DNA of 63,834 nt, counting the filler, from Folioceros fuciformis (lineage: Eukaryota): assembly GCA_049999805.1 (NCBI GenBank). It is 9 parts of 9 records of this genome, joined end to end, with 100 filler letters (N's around TTAATTAATTAA, not from the genome) between each part and the next. Parts side by side here need not be neighbours in the genome. Positions count along the whole stretch, not along the records: positions 48,461 to 50,733 come from JBNGIO010002048.1; positions 50,834 to 52,588 come from JBNGIO010002049.1; positions 52,689 to 55,473 come from JBNGIO010002050.1; positions 55,574 to 57,661 come from JBNGIO010002051.1; positions 57,762 to 59,514 come from JBNGIO010002053.1; positions 59,615 to 61,822 come from JBNGIO010002054.1; positions 61,923 to 63,834 come from JBNGIO010002060.1; 2 more parts are not named here. One strand, written 5' to 3'. Of the stretch, positions 48,461 to 62,310 are shown piece by piece. A program made the position numbers and the translations under genes. The notes beneath the pieces were generated by a model. It was not told where the DNA came from, did not search any database, and was given only the letters and a program-made list of their open reading frames with translations. Positions within the stretch are counted from its first letter, which is position 1. Each line of letters begins with the position of its first letter.

Positions 48461-50733
48461 ATGAATAGTATATTCAGAGATCTATTGGATGAGTGTGTTG
48501 TGATCTATTTGGATGATATTTTGATATTCAGTTCTACCTTAGAGGAGCATGTCCAACACTTGAGGAAAGTGTTGGAAAGGTTAAGGGCAAATTCTTTGTT
48601 CTTAGCTATAACAAAGTGTGACTTTGTTAAGGAAGAAATAGACTTCCTTGGATTCATTGTCTCTGCTGATGGAATCAGGATGGATCCTGGTAAGGTAAAA
48701 GCCATACAGAGTTGGCTGCCGCCAAGCAATGTGCATGAAGTGCGTATGTTTTTAGGATTGGCTAGCGTGTACAGAAGATTTGTACCAATGTTTGCCAAAA
48801 TTGCTGCCCCATTAACTGATCTCTTGAAGAAGGTGAAGACATGGAAGTGGGATGAAGAATGTCAAAGGGCATTTGAGTTTCTCAAGTTGAAACTTAGCAC
48901 TACCCTAGTACTAGCAATCTATGATCCAAAGAAATATATAGAAGTGTATACTGATGCGTCAGATACAGCTATTGGAGGAGTGCTTATGCAAGAAGGTAGG
49001 CCAGTGGCTTACGAATCAAGAAAGTTCCATGAACATGAAAGGAAATACCCCACATATGAGAAGGAGATGACAGCCGTCATCAATTGTCTCAAGATTTGGA
49101 GACACTATCTTCTTGGAAGATCTTTTGTGCTGTACACAGATAATGTAAGTACAAGTTTCTTTTCTAATCAGCTGCGACTAAATGCTAGACAAGCTAGATG
49201 GCAAGATTTCCTAGCGATGTATGATGTGGAGATTAAGTACAAGCCAGGGAAGGAAAATCTCGTGGCAGATGCTCTTAGTCGCAAGCAGGAGTTGAGTTTA
49301 ATGTATGTTTTTAAGCTGAAGAATCCTAAGCTAGCTACAACACAGATGGTGATTGAGCCAAGGGATACTCACACGCAGATTAAGGACGCTTATTTGCATG
49401 ATCCATTAGTGCAAGATTGGATCAACGAGATAGAGCAACCGGGGTCTAAGTTTAAGCTTAGAAATGGCTTGTTAATGTTCAAGCAAAACAGGATTGTGAT
49501 TCCTGCTTCTCAAGAGTTGAGAAAAAAGTTGCTTGCAGAATGTCACGATGTGCTAAGTGCTGGTCATCGGGGAATTGACACAACTTATGAGAAGTTGAAG
49601 AAGCTGTTTTACTGGCCTGGAATGTACAAACATACTATAGAGTATGTGAAGTCTTGTGTAGACTGTCAGCAGGATAAAGTAGAGCAGACAAATCCACGAG
49701 GTTTGTTGCAACCCGTGCCTATTCCAAGTGGGCCTTGGAAGAGTATATCAATGGATTTTGTTATGCCATTGCCACCCAGTAATGGATACACAGCTATCAT
49801 GACAGTTGTTGATAGGTTCAGCAAGCAAGCACACTTTATCCCCACGAAGAAGCAAGTGAAGGCTTTAGAAGTTGCTCAATTGTTTAAGAAGCATATCTAT
49901 GTGTTACATGGATTGCCTATGCAAATTGTGAGTGATAGAGATCCCAGATTCATAGCGGAAATTTGGCAACAGCTTATGAAGAGCTTGGGAGTACAACTAT
50001 GTCCAAGTACAGCATATCACCCTGATACGGATAGATCTACAGAAAGAGTAAACAGAATCCAAGAGGAATACTTACGACACTATGTATAAATGGACCAGAG
50101 GAACTGGAGTAATCATCTTGAGGATGCAGAGTTTTGTTATAACAATACTGTACATAGCTCCACAGGCTATACACCTTTTCAGATGACAGGTAACGAAGCA
50201 ATGGACGCAGTTTCCATGTTGAATGCTGACGTGTTTGAGACAGCAGCAAGAGAACCACGTGAATTTATTGAGCAGTTAAGCGCCAGGCATGAAATTGCTA
50301 AGAGGATTTTGGCCAAAGCTCAAGACAGGCAAAAGAAGTTTGCTGATAGGCACAGGAAAGAGGTAGAATTTCAAGTGGGTGACAAGGTTTGGGTAAAGTT
50401 GAAACACTTCCCAGTACCTCAAGGATTGTCCCCAAAGTTAAGGCCTAAGTATGGAGGTCCTTTCGTAGTTCTGAAGCGCATTGGGAATGTGGCTTACAAA
50501 CTACAACTGCCTAATTGGATCTTCTCTCATGATGTGTTTCATGTCTCTTTGCTGAAACCGTTTGTGATTTCGAAAGAGAATGAAGACATGAACAGGAAAG
50601 ACTATGTTATCTTGGTTCAATATAACCATAATCTGCAAGAGATTGTTGAATTTCTAGCAGAAAGAGAAGTGTCTTCTGTCCGTGGTAATGTTCTAGAGTA
50701 TCTAGTAAGACTTCATGATTTTGCAGATCCTGT
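48461..50733 (+). mobile_element. Ty3/gypsy (chromovirus-like) pol fragment: RT-RNaseH-integrase-chromodomain start, one in-frame stop
   Basis: VVIYLDDILIFS, YTDAS, NLVADALSR, HD..SAGH...C..CQ, SISMDFV, IVSDRDPRF, GPF motif, HDVFHVSLLKP, then EYLVR. TAA at 50087-50089 with the same frame continuing. Confidence 0.93.
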
Positions 50734-50890
50734 NNNNNNNNNNNNNNNNNNNNNNNNNNNNNNNNNNNNNNNNNNNNTTAATTAATTAANNNNNNNNNNN
50801 NNNNNNNNNNNNNNNNNNNNNNNNNNNNNNNNNCCCCCCCCCCTTTAGTTCACCTAGTCCCACAGCACACTCATTCACAGCCAACAATTT

Positions 50891-51445
50891 GGGAAATAAG
50901 GGAAGAGAAACTTCCCTTCCACTCTGCGGGTTGGCGGATTTGTCTCCCTCACCTTGGCCAAGGGCGGGCCTCTCTCTTCTTCGTCTCGACTCACTCACTT
51001 CTTCACTTCTCTCCCTCTTACACGATCATGTCTCAAACACTCGTTCACACACCAATACTAAGACCGGGTTGCAGCCGACAATCGGGAAATAAGGGAAGGA
51101 GGAAATCTCCCTCCACTCCACACAGTGGGCGGATTCATTTCCCTCCCTCAACCACAGCGCTCAGTCAGTCTTCACATCGACTCACTTCTCAACACTGTAT
51201 TTGAGGGGCGGTTGAAGAGTCAGGGAATAAGGGAAGCGGGCACCCCTTCTCCCACTCCGCTCATGGGCGGATTCGTCCCCCTCACCTCAACCACAAGTCA
51301 TAGCTCAGTCGATCCAGGGAATAAGGGAAGGAACGCTCTCCCTCCACTCCGCAGGTCGGCGGATTCGTTCCCCTTCACTCCTGCTGCGACACACAATGCG
51401 TGCTATTGGGAATAAGGGAAGTTTGCCTTCCACTTGGTGAGAAGT
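50891..51445. repeat. Array of 4 full and 1 partial ~65-bp self-complementary repeats with variable spacers
   Basis: Units starting ~50891, 51084, 51222, 51317 and 51408 share GGGAA(A)TAAGGGAAG...CCACTCCGC...GGCGGATT..TCCC. Confidence 0.8.
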
Positions 51446-51529
51446 CCCACTGATTCATTCCCGATACCACCCAATGTGGAGTAAAGAAATTGCCCACACC
51501 TTCTCCCAAGAACACCGGCAGCCAGGGTT

Positions 51530-52588
51530 TATTTATTAATATGATCCAATCGGGCATGCTAGAGAATAGATTGTTGGACAACCGTCAGGTTGCCTACACT
51601 TGTAGAATAGGCGTGAGTCCGATTGCCAAGAAGACAAGTAAAGTCTAAACGATATAGGTTGTCCTCTGGTAGTGCTTGAAACACACAATGAGAGGGAGAA
51701 TCTTGCCTAACAAAGCAGCAGGATCCCTCATGAGCTATCAACTGGAAATCATGTCGTTTGAGTAACCGACTCAAGGACAGTAGGTTCTTTGCCATTATGG
51801 GGACGTACAACAGCTGCTAGGGTTAAGATGGAGCCATCACTAAGTCGAAAATTGCAGGAACCTTGGCCTAGAATTTGCAAACTGGTGGAATTTTGCTCAT
51901 CCCCGAGATACACCCTATCAACGTCAGAAGTAGGGGTAACGGATGCAAACAGAGATTCATGTCGACAAATATGGGCAGTGGCCCCAGAATCTAGGTACCG
52001 AGCTGCCTTGTCACCTGCTAAGGTTGAAAGACAGATTGTTAATATTTTAACCACTGGTTTGTTGGATTCTGCAGGCTTATCCCTAACTGCAACATTAGTA
52101 GTAGGTCGAGATGGTTTACGAGGATCTCCAGCCTTCTTCCTACACTCATTGGCCCAATGGCCAGGTTTACCGCACCAGTTACAGTTACCAGGGCGTTTGG
52201 AGGATGGACCAACATCACTGCATTGTCCTTCATTGCGGGGACCCTGGTAAAAGCCCGGCTGTGGTGGTATCCGCATTCTTCCTCTTTGTGCCCCTTGTCC
52301 ACGGGAAGCAGTCAGGACTCTTTCAACTTTGGTTTTCCCAGACCCTGACAAGAGCCTACTTTGCTCTTCCTGGAATAGAGAGCCCCTATCACCTCGTCTA
52401 AGGTGAGAATAATTTGTCGTCCTGCAACTCCGGCAGCCCTAGCCTGTCGGATGGGGACATTGTGTGCAAATACAAAGTTCTGGTAACTAGGCGGAAGGCT
52501 GCTGAGCAATTGTGCAATCACGTCCACCTCGTCCATCACTATACCAAGAGAGGTAAGTTGTGCTCTAAGGTGTCTAAGCTTGCTGGTG
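51530..52588 (-). mobile_element. Ty1/copia gag-protease-pre-integrase fragment, frameshifted
   Basis: UBN2-like LLSSLPPSY, zinc knuckle CNWCGKPGHWANEC, protease YLDSGATAHIC, NLLSLSRL, L*HARLDH. Confidence 0.88.
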
Positions 52589-52688
52589 NNNNNNNNNNNN
52601 NNNNNNNNNNNNNNNNNNNNNNNNNNNNNNNNTTAATTAATTAANNNNNNNNNNNNNNNNNNNNNNNNNNNNNNNNNNNNNNNNNNNN

Positions 52689-54420
52689 CTAATAAGCTAT
52701 ATATATATATTAATCATAACCTTAATCACTCTTACCACTAATTAGTACAAACTCAATAAGCTGGATTAGCACTAATTAATATCAACATTAATCATGCTTA
52801 ACAGAAGCCATTCTCCTCAAGCCACTGCAGGAGGCTAAATGCATGCTACAGCGCCTGATAGAGAGGCAGGAGGAAGAGAATAGGAGGGCAATAAAGAAGA
52901 AAAAAGTCTTCCCAGGTGAGTGGTAGCTATGCAGGGTGATTAGAACGTCTTGGAGCTTCATCTACCTTGCTGCAGGCTTAGCTGAATCTGCATATTGTCT
53001 TGTGTCTTGGTGTTGCATTTTGTGATTGCCAGATACTAACATCCCTCCCTGTCTCTGTGCCACAGTATTTGAAGAGTAGAGGGATTGGGAAGCATCAGAT
53101 AGAACACAAATCAAGATCAGAGGACTCAAGCCTCACTTGTAAGTCCGTCTTCAGCCCCCTAAGTTGCAGACTTGAAGTATTGTTGATAGTTGAAGAGACC
53201 CAAGCCTTCCATGTGCTTAACATGCTTGTCCTTTGGCAAGGCTTTAGTCAAGATGTCTGTTGTGTTCTCCTCTGTGGGCACATAGAGAACTTTAACTACT
53301 CCCCTTTCAACGGCATCCCTAACGTAATGATGGTGGATCTCGATGTGTTTCGTGCGAGCGTGGAAGCGAGGGTTTGCCACCAAAGCTATGGCAGATTGAT
53401 TATCACACTAGAGGTTAGTGGGTCTTGTTTGTGGTTCCCCAATATCTTTTAAGAAAGCACGCTCCCACTCAATGTCTTTCGTTGCATGTGTAAGGGACTT
53501 GTACTCGGCCTCTAACTAGAGAGAGCAATGCTTGTCTGCTTCTTATAGATCCAGTTGATAGCACCCTGAGATAGCAGAAAAACATGCTTGGAGAGACTTT
53601 TCTTGAAGTCACAGTCTGCATCCGTGAACCCCTTTAGAAATAAGTTGCTTGTACCACTGCTTCTATAACAGAGTCCAATGTAATGAGTTCCTTTCAAGTA
53701 ACGAAATATGTGTTTGACAACAGTCCATTGAGCATGCCCATGGTTTTCTAAGAATTGAGAGACAAGACAGTATTGACGGAGTGCTGTGTATCAGGTTGGG
53801 TCTAGTTGCTCAAGCTGCCAACAGCGTGACGGTGAGGAACATCTTACATGCCTTTTTGGTCAGCCTCTATAATGGCACACTCATATCTTGTGAGCTTGGC
53901 ACCCACTGCGTCTGGGGTGGTAGCTGGATGGGTAGAACCCATGTTAAACTTGTGAAGGATTTCAGCTATATACTTATGTTGGTAAATGATAAGGAGACTT
54001 TCATAGCGAACTCGACATACTTGAATTCCTAGACAAAATAGTAAATCCCCATTATTTGTCATTTCAAAGGTTTGCCTTAACATATTTTTCACTGTGGCCA
54101 GAATAGAGGTGTCATTGGCAGCAAGGATCACATCCTCTACATACAGTGCAAGAATCACGTAAGCGTTTCCTTCTTACAAGACATAGACAATAGACATTAG
54201 AATCTGCTACACGCTGCCGAAATCCGAGAGCCTTTAGGGCCTTGTCACACGTTTATACCAACGTTCTGCACTTTGCTTCAAACCATACATGCATTTGAGG
54301 GGCTGACATACGTCACCGGGATGTGCTGGGTCAACATAACCCTTAGGCTGTTCCATATAGAGCTCCTCTTCTAAGATGCCATGTAGAAAAGCATTGCAGA
54401 CATCCATATGCTGCAGTTGA
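52689..54420 (-). mobile_element. Ty1/copia 3' end: degenerate RT/RNaseH, polypurine tract and start of the 3' LTR
   Basis: AFLHG, LYVEDVIL, GFTDAD, NPRFHARTKHIEIHHHYVRD, DILTKAL. Minus-strand PPT AGAGACAGGGAGGGA is directly followed by TGTTAG at 53041; a (TA)n tract lies near 52700. Confidence 0.88.
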
Positions 54421-54943
54421 AGGTCATTGTGGAACCCACATGGTGAAGGGATCTCCTAGAAAAAAAGGGTATTGTTTGTTTTTTTGTTTTAGTGGAATGG
54501 CAAGGGAAGAAGTGAGGAATTAGGAGGTAGTTAGCAAGAAACTTGGGATGGTGCGTGCGAAAGCCCAAGTGGGTTATTAGTCTAGGTTAGAGTCGTGGAT
54601 AGCAAATGGATCAAAAGGCCTGTGGTTACAGTGGCAGGCAGAAGCGGGTTGGTTACAGTGGCAGGCAGAAGCGGGTCTGGCTAGTCTAGGGTTTCGTAGC
54701 CAAGGTGGAAGGAATGAGAGACCCAGGGTGTTGAGATGTCACCCCCGCCATGCTCAAAAGATGTTAAAACAAGTTAGTTGAAGCAAGATGCAGAATCCCA
54801 AAAATAAGAGCACTAGAACAAGGCTCTTAAACTCAAATAAAAGAAGAATTACAAAAAACAACACAATACCAAGTGAAGAGGGAGTTAGACTACAAATACT
54901 AGGTGGGTTCATCCCTTCTTTTATGGACCTATGGGTGGCACTC

Positions 54944-55473
54944 TCATTTCGTGCCCAATATGGGATAAATGACCCCAAACCCTACAATACCTTTTTGCCT
55001 AACATAACAAAGTCTAATAAGAGTGAATGGAGAGGCCTCAGTTTGTTTCACAAGGTTGGCTGATCCATCGCCAATCTTCTTGGTCACAAAGGCTGATTCT
55101 TTCGACGTCTTCCCCTTCTCTTTTCGTTTGGTCTCCTCATGGAGTAGTCTCCCCACAACAATCTCAAATGTAAGAGCATTTACTCTTGATTCTAAAGCTA
55201 CAATCAAATTGTTGTATGACTCCGGCAAGCTTGCAAGAAGAGTCATCACAAGGTCATCATCCGTCACGGGAGCTCCAATGACTGCCAATTGTTGGGAAAG
55301 ACTCCTCACCTTGTCTACGTGTTCAATCACACTATCACTCTCACCCATTTGAATGGAAAAGAATCTACGCCTTAAGAACAAGCGATTCACAAGGCTCTTG
55401 TTCTCATACAAAGCCTCTAATTTCAGCCAAGCCTCTCTTGCTGATTTGCAAGTGGTCACATGCATCAATTGTG
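54944..55473 (-). mobile_element. Ty1/copia gag (UBN2) fragment
   Basis: SAREAWLKLEALYE...LRRRFFSIQMGESDSVIEH...LLASLPESYNNL...RLLHEE. Confidence 0.88.
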
Positions 55474-55594
55474 NNNNNNNNNNNNNNNNNNNNNNNNNNN
55501 NNNNNNNNNNNNNNNNNTTAATTAATTAANNNNNNNNNNNNNNNNNNNNNNNNNNNNNNNNNNNNNNNNNNNNTTACTGTATTGGATGTTGTAG

Positions 55595-56482
<888 letters not shown>

Positions 56483-56511
56483 AGGAAACGAACGGCATGC
56501 TATTTTGCTTC

Positions 56512-56602
56512 CTGAGAACACTGAAGCTCATTAGGTAGGTGAACCTTTCTCGCGCTGTGAGAACACTGAAGCTCATTAGGTAGGTGAGCCATTCTCGCGC
56601 TG
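56512..56602. repeat. ~45-bp direct tandem duplication downstream of the ASB stop
   Basis: tgagaacactgaagctcattaggtaggtga..c.ttctcgcgctg x2. Confidence 0.85.
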
Positions 56603-57234
56603 TTCCTCTTTTATCTCAGTGTTAATCTTGTAATGGCGAGACAACGAAGTAGGAGCCCAGCCCGTTGAGAAAAGAGGTTCCAATCGCCGGAACTCCCATC
56701 AAGCCTGAGATGAGGGCACTATAATTCGTAATTATCCTACAGACGTGGGCAATGCAGCCATGGCAAAGGCAGGTTCTGTGTGCAAAAACTTGCGAGTCCG
56801 AAGATAAAATCCCTCGCAGCAACGGTGACGTAGTCGTGACGCTTGACACCCAGAACGTGGAGATTCAGATCCATAACTAGATCCGTGACTGTATGGCCTC
56901 ATCTTCCAGGAAGGAGGAAGCCTAGCCCAGACAATGTGAGAAATCTTCAGATCCGTGAGCCGACGATTGCACTAGGCTCGTTAGATACATTGCATTAGGC
57001 CCAGACGATAAGGCTCAGTTGAGAGTGAACAAGAACGCATCCATAAACCACAAAAAGGAAAAACCTCGTTGTTTGAGCAGAAACAAGACTCCTTTCCTTC
57101 CTTCCAAAGGGAGGAGAAACTCATGGTGGCAAGTTGGAGCCGCTGAAACCCTTTCTTGCTTCTAGAAGAAGGTGGCAAGATGCTTGGGCCCGCCCTGTGT
57201 GAATCTCCCGACAAAGCCCTGTCCGCCGTGGGAA

Positions 57235-57470
57235 CCCTGCCTGCATGACATCGGCCTTAGAACTGATGGATCCTCAGTTGCTCTGACAGGAACTGTAAAG
57301 AAAGAAGGAAGCATGCGAACGAGAGAGGCCCGGGTGGCGGCAGCTTCCGAATCCCTTCTCATGGGAAGCCCGCCTGCATGAGATCGGCCATTGAACTGAT
57401 CGATCCGGTGAGATGAACTCTAAAGGCGACGCAAGCATGCGAACGACGGAAGCCCGGGTGGCGGCAGCGT
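57235..57470. repeat. Two imperfect ~125-130-bp direct repeats
   Basis: cctgcatga.atcggcc...aagcatgcgaacg...cccgggtggcggcagc occurs at ~57240 and ~57373. Confidence 0.7.
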
Positions 57471-59696
57471 GACGAGCCTGCTCCGAGGGAGGCGCGGAAA
57501 CAAGAGAAACAACTGCGTTGGGAGTGGCAGTTAACTGCAAGCGTAGGAGGCAAGCGACCACGCGGCGCATGGTGGCATTCGGGAAAGCTGGACGGCGAGC
57601 GTGGCCCAGCTTACCTGGCGCCCGGTACGGGGATGTCCAAAGTGTAGAGCGGTTCCGGTCCNNNNNNNNNNNNNNNNNNNNNNNNNNNNNNNNNNNNNNN
57701 NNNNNTTAATTAATTAANNNNNNNNNNNNNNNNNNNNNNNNNNNNNNNNNNNNNNNNNNNNCGCTGACTCTGGCCCTCCTGTTGCGCCAAGATCGCGCAG
57801 GAGCTTCACCAGACCAGCAGGAAGCGGCTCAGAATCCTGCCACTCGCTGCTCTGCTCCCAACTACCCATGCCTCCACCGCCAAACCTGCCACCACCTCCT
57901 CACGCCTATTCCACCACCACAGGCCTCGCTACACAACTCAGCACCAACTGGAGTCAGTGAAGCCGTTCGCCCGGCCACGGAATCCCCACCTCCCAAGGCA
58001 TTATCTCGAACGTCTTACCGATACTGCACATACAGCATCCTATTATAAGCATCCACACCACAATCGCCGGTACAACGCTACACAGAAACCTCACCCACCT
58101 GGCCACATACCATCCATACCACTCTACACACGCAGGGATCATCCGCTCACAATGCACTACAAGGACTGCTGTATCTCGCCGAAACACGAACCTACCCACC
58201 TACCATGCAACAGCCGTCCACCCCACTCAACAACCATCCTTCATCAGCTCATTCTACACTGCCCACACTGCTACACGTTCCCACTATCCTCGCACAAAGG
58301 CCATTGCCCCTACCTACTGGGCCTGTTGGGAAAGTACCTGGGCGTTAGCACGTGACACGACTCAATTGTAATCGCGACCACCCACAACCTTCTTCCGCAC
58401 GCCGCCCATGGATCCAACACCCAACCTCATCAAGGCAAGCCCTCGGCCCCAGGCCTGCCAAATCCGACTGCTCGGCTTCGGATCACCACCCTTTGAACCA
58501 CTCAACACACCTACATGTTATCAACAACCACACCCTCCGAGCCTACCAGTGCATTCCACACAGAAACACACCAACCTGGCCAGCTACCATGCCACAGTCA
58601 TCCATATCGATCAACGCAGGAATCATTAGCTCGCACACCATTGCCAGCAATCGCACACCTCCACGAACCACGGCGCCCTCTATCACACTGTCTACCTAGA
58701 CTCTCGCAACAAATGTCATTGCCCATAGCTACTAGGCCGGTTGCCACAGTACCTGGGCTCCAACGCATCACGAAACTCACTCGAATCCACCCACAACCTC
58801 CGTCGGCCCTGCGCCCATAGGTCCCGAATGCCTGATAGCAACGTAGAGAGGGACTCTTTCTCGCTCAGTGTGTTCTATTTTGTAGGCAACCTGCAACACG
58901 ATTCAGAAGCTTCCCACCTCTCTTCCTCCGACCTTCTCAGCATTCTCGCCCGGACCCCTCCCCTCCCCAGCCCTGCCACGCATCTTGGCATCTTTTCATC
59001 AACTTCCTGGACCCATCCGCCGGTACGGCGCCTGTGCATCTGACAGCACATCGAAAACGCCCACGATAGAAAACAATTTTCTGACTTTCTCCACCCTTGG
59101 TCGACAAGTGAGCGGGGTGCGGAGAGGGAGAGCTACACCATCCCACCACCTTCCTCCATCACAACTTACCATCACCTCACCAGCTTCAGGTTATTAACGC
59201 CTGCACAACTCTGTTCCAACTCGAGATCGTCGGTCAATTCACAGTCAGGCACTCACCTTAGCACAGTGCGTGTGAATGACATGGCTACCAAATGATGACG
59301 TCTGCAAAACGCTTTCCTGCGCCTGCACCACATGGCCTGAGACCACAGCAACTTCATCCCTCGGCCATAATGTGGGGACCAGTAAGTGCTATTTCACATG
59401 GTGGCCTCCATCCACTGCACCACGACTTCGGAATTACCTTCTCCTTTCGCATACGACAAGTGTACACGAACAGGAATCTCACAATCATATACAATGCATT
59501 GCAGGTTCCATGAANNNNNNNNNNNNNNNNNNNNNNNNNNNNNNNNNNNNNNNNNNNNTTAATTAATTAANNNNNNNNNNNNNNNNNNNNNNNNNNNNNN
59601 NNNNNNNNNNNNNNTAGTCTTAATAGTCCGGCTAGTGCATCACTGAGCCCGGTCTATCCTTGAGATCACGATGCCTCGACCCCAACTACTCCTAAT

Positions 59697-61822
59697 TTGA
59701 GGACAACATCTGGGTATCCTGCCTTTACATTTGGAACACAGGAAGAGGACATTTTATCAGTCTTGGAAGATGCTAAAAATGCAACAAGTTCAAATACACA
59801 ATTTGTGTCAGGACAAAATCAGACTGTGCAGGTAGCTACAAATTCAGGAGTACCTGTTACCACATCAGGTTGGTTGGCAGCCTCAGGAGGGTCAAGTGGG
59901 TCAGGAGGACCAGGAGGACCAGGAGGACCAGGTGGACCTAGTGGACCTGGAGCCCCTGGCGGACCTGGAGGACCAAGACAACCTGCTGGTGGTGTAGGCT
60001 TACCTGCTGGTGGTGTAGGCTTACCTGCTGCAGTCCCAATGGCAGGCCCATCCTCAGTCAGCGATCTAGACTTCAAGGAGAAGGACCGATTTGACGGCGG
60101 GAACTTCGATGTCTGGTCCATGCGGATGGAAATATCCCTCAAAAGTAAAGAACTGTGGGATGTAGTAGCTGGAGTATTAGTGATGCCGCCTGACCCTGCA
60201 GTAGATCCAGTGGGAGCTGCTGCATACATGAAGGCCAACAATCAGGCCTTTAATGTCATCCTAGGGGGCATATCGTCGGACTGGATGAAAAATGTTGAAA
60301 GAAATCGTTCAGCAAAAGCGTTGTGGGACTCATTTGTGCTTCAATATTCAAAGGCAAACATGATCTCACAAGTTGCTGTAGATTACAAGCTGAGGTCTCT
60401 CCGCATGCAGGAAGGAGACTCAGTAGAAAAGTACATCAGTACATTCAGAGCAGCTAGAAATATGTTACATGCTACAGGCGATGTAATATCTCATTTTCGG
60501 GCTGGTGCTATTTTTCTGAACTCCCTTTCACCAGCATATCGCTCCTTTGTATCAACTCAAAACCAAGTGGTGAGAGAGGCTGAGACTAGGGTAAGGGGCA
60601 CTGGAAATCCACCCGTGTTGGACTTGAGTGAAATCTTCGGAGCATTCATGCAAGAGGAAGCACAGATGGAGGGCCGACAACAAAGTCGTGGAAGAGATAA
60701 AGCTCATGCTTTGTATGCTGAAAAGGGGAAATTTAAGAAGAAGTGGGGAGGAAAACCGTACTCACCTGCAAAACCTGGAGGAGCTGAATCCTCAAAGAAA
60801 TGGCCTGGAAACTGCATATGGTGTGGTCTTCCAAATCACTGGGAGCGGGAATGCAGGAAAAAGGCTAATGGAGAACCTAGAAAGGAGTTGGCACCAAGCT
60901 CTCATGTAGCTGTGAAGAAGAGTACAAAAGGCACACATGTGATACTTACAGTGTGTCTTGCCAGCTCATCATCAGCGAAGCAGAACTTTTGGTTTTTGAA
61001 CTCTGGTGCCACAGCGCTCATTTGTTACAACAAGCTATTTTTCTCATCCTATGATGAGTCTCAACCTGGACAATTTATCCTGCTGGGCGATGAAAGTGGA
61101 CTAGCTATAAAAGGACAAGGTAGTGTCCCTGTTGAAATGGCTGATGGTAGCATTGTTGTGCTAGAGGATGTTCTTCATGTCCCTGCCATGACAAAACACC
61201 TTTTATCAGTTAGGCAGCTCTGCAAAGAAGGTGTGCACACAGTTCAATTCACTGACAATGACTGCGAAATTCGCATGAAGGACTCTGATCTTGTAGTGAC
61301 AAGGAGCACCGAGCAAAGTGAGCTGTATAAGCTAGATCTTCGACCTCTTCATCCCTTGAAGAAGTCTATTCATACAGTTGATGAATAGACTTCTTCAAGG
61401 GATGAAGTGGTCGCACATCAAGGATCATTTGAGGGCCAGACTAGTTCTCAAGCAAAGAACACAAAGTTGTGGCATTTACATCTAGGGCATCCTCATGCAC
61501 AGAGACTATATAAGCTTCCTTCTAGTAATCTGTACATAGATGGGATTAAGGAGACTTTATCAGATCTACCTCTGTGCAAAGCATGCATTTTGGCAAGCAA
61601 CATGAGCTTCCTTTTAAGAACAAGGCTCCTGAACGTGCCCTGGAAGTGCTGGAGCTTGTACATGCTAATATCTGTGGGCCCATTTCAGGGAAATCTTCAA
61701 TGGTGCAGAATTTTTCATATCATTCATTGATGAATTCTCGAGATATACACACACATACATACTCTGGAAGAAGTCAGATGTTTATGATGTCTTTGTGGAA
61801 TATCTTGCATTGGTGGAACGTC
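59697..61822 (+). mobile_element. Ty1/copia gag-pol 5' part (same family as 51530-52588), inactivated
   Basis: FDGGNFDVWS..M...L....LWDVV; UBN2; zinc knuckle CIWCGLPNHWEREC; protease WFLNSGAT (D>N); stop at 61386; LWHLHLGH; CKAC; frameshifted LELVHANICGP. Confidence 0.92.
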
Positions 61823-62310
61823 NNNNNNNNNNNNNNNNNNNNNNNNNNNNNNNNNNNNNNNNNNNNTTAATTAATTAANNNNNNNNNNNNNNNNNNNNNN
61901 NNNNNNNNNNNNNNNNNNNNNNGCACAAGAAGACCCATCAGATGATGAGGATCTAGAAGATGACGCCATTCCTCCTCCTCGGTCAGAACCACCGTCAGTG
62001 TTGGACAAGCTACGTTCTCGCTGGTGGGGATGTTGGTAAGTAGTTGTTTGTTTTCCTAGGCCAAGTTGGTCTAAACAATTTTGTGGGAAACCAGGTGGCT
62101 AGGCCTCCAAGTTTCCCAGGGGGGCTGTTGACGGGTCCCGGGTCTGCCTCTCTTAGGCAAACCTAGTCTCTTTTTGTAGCCTTGCTCTTGGCCATAGGTC
62201 AAGGACAAATTAAGGCTAGGATTGTTGCTCCTGGGCCAAAGGCCAAGGAGATCGCAGGCAGGCGGAAGCTTAGTGACCTAGCTTGGTAGACAGGCTAGGT
62301 AGGCATGCAG

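Noticed and set aside
50891-51445. CRISPR-like repeat-spacer array or hammerhead retrozyme
   Set aside because: Eukaryotic TE context, irregular spacers, degenerate long repeats and no cas genes. The hammerhead catalytic core is absent on both strands.
62020-62310. PPT plus TGTTGG LTR start on the plus strand
   Set aside because: Plausible, but no second LTR or TSD is visible to support boundaries.
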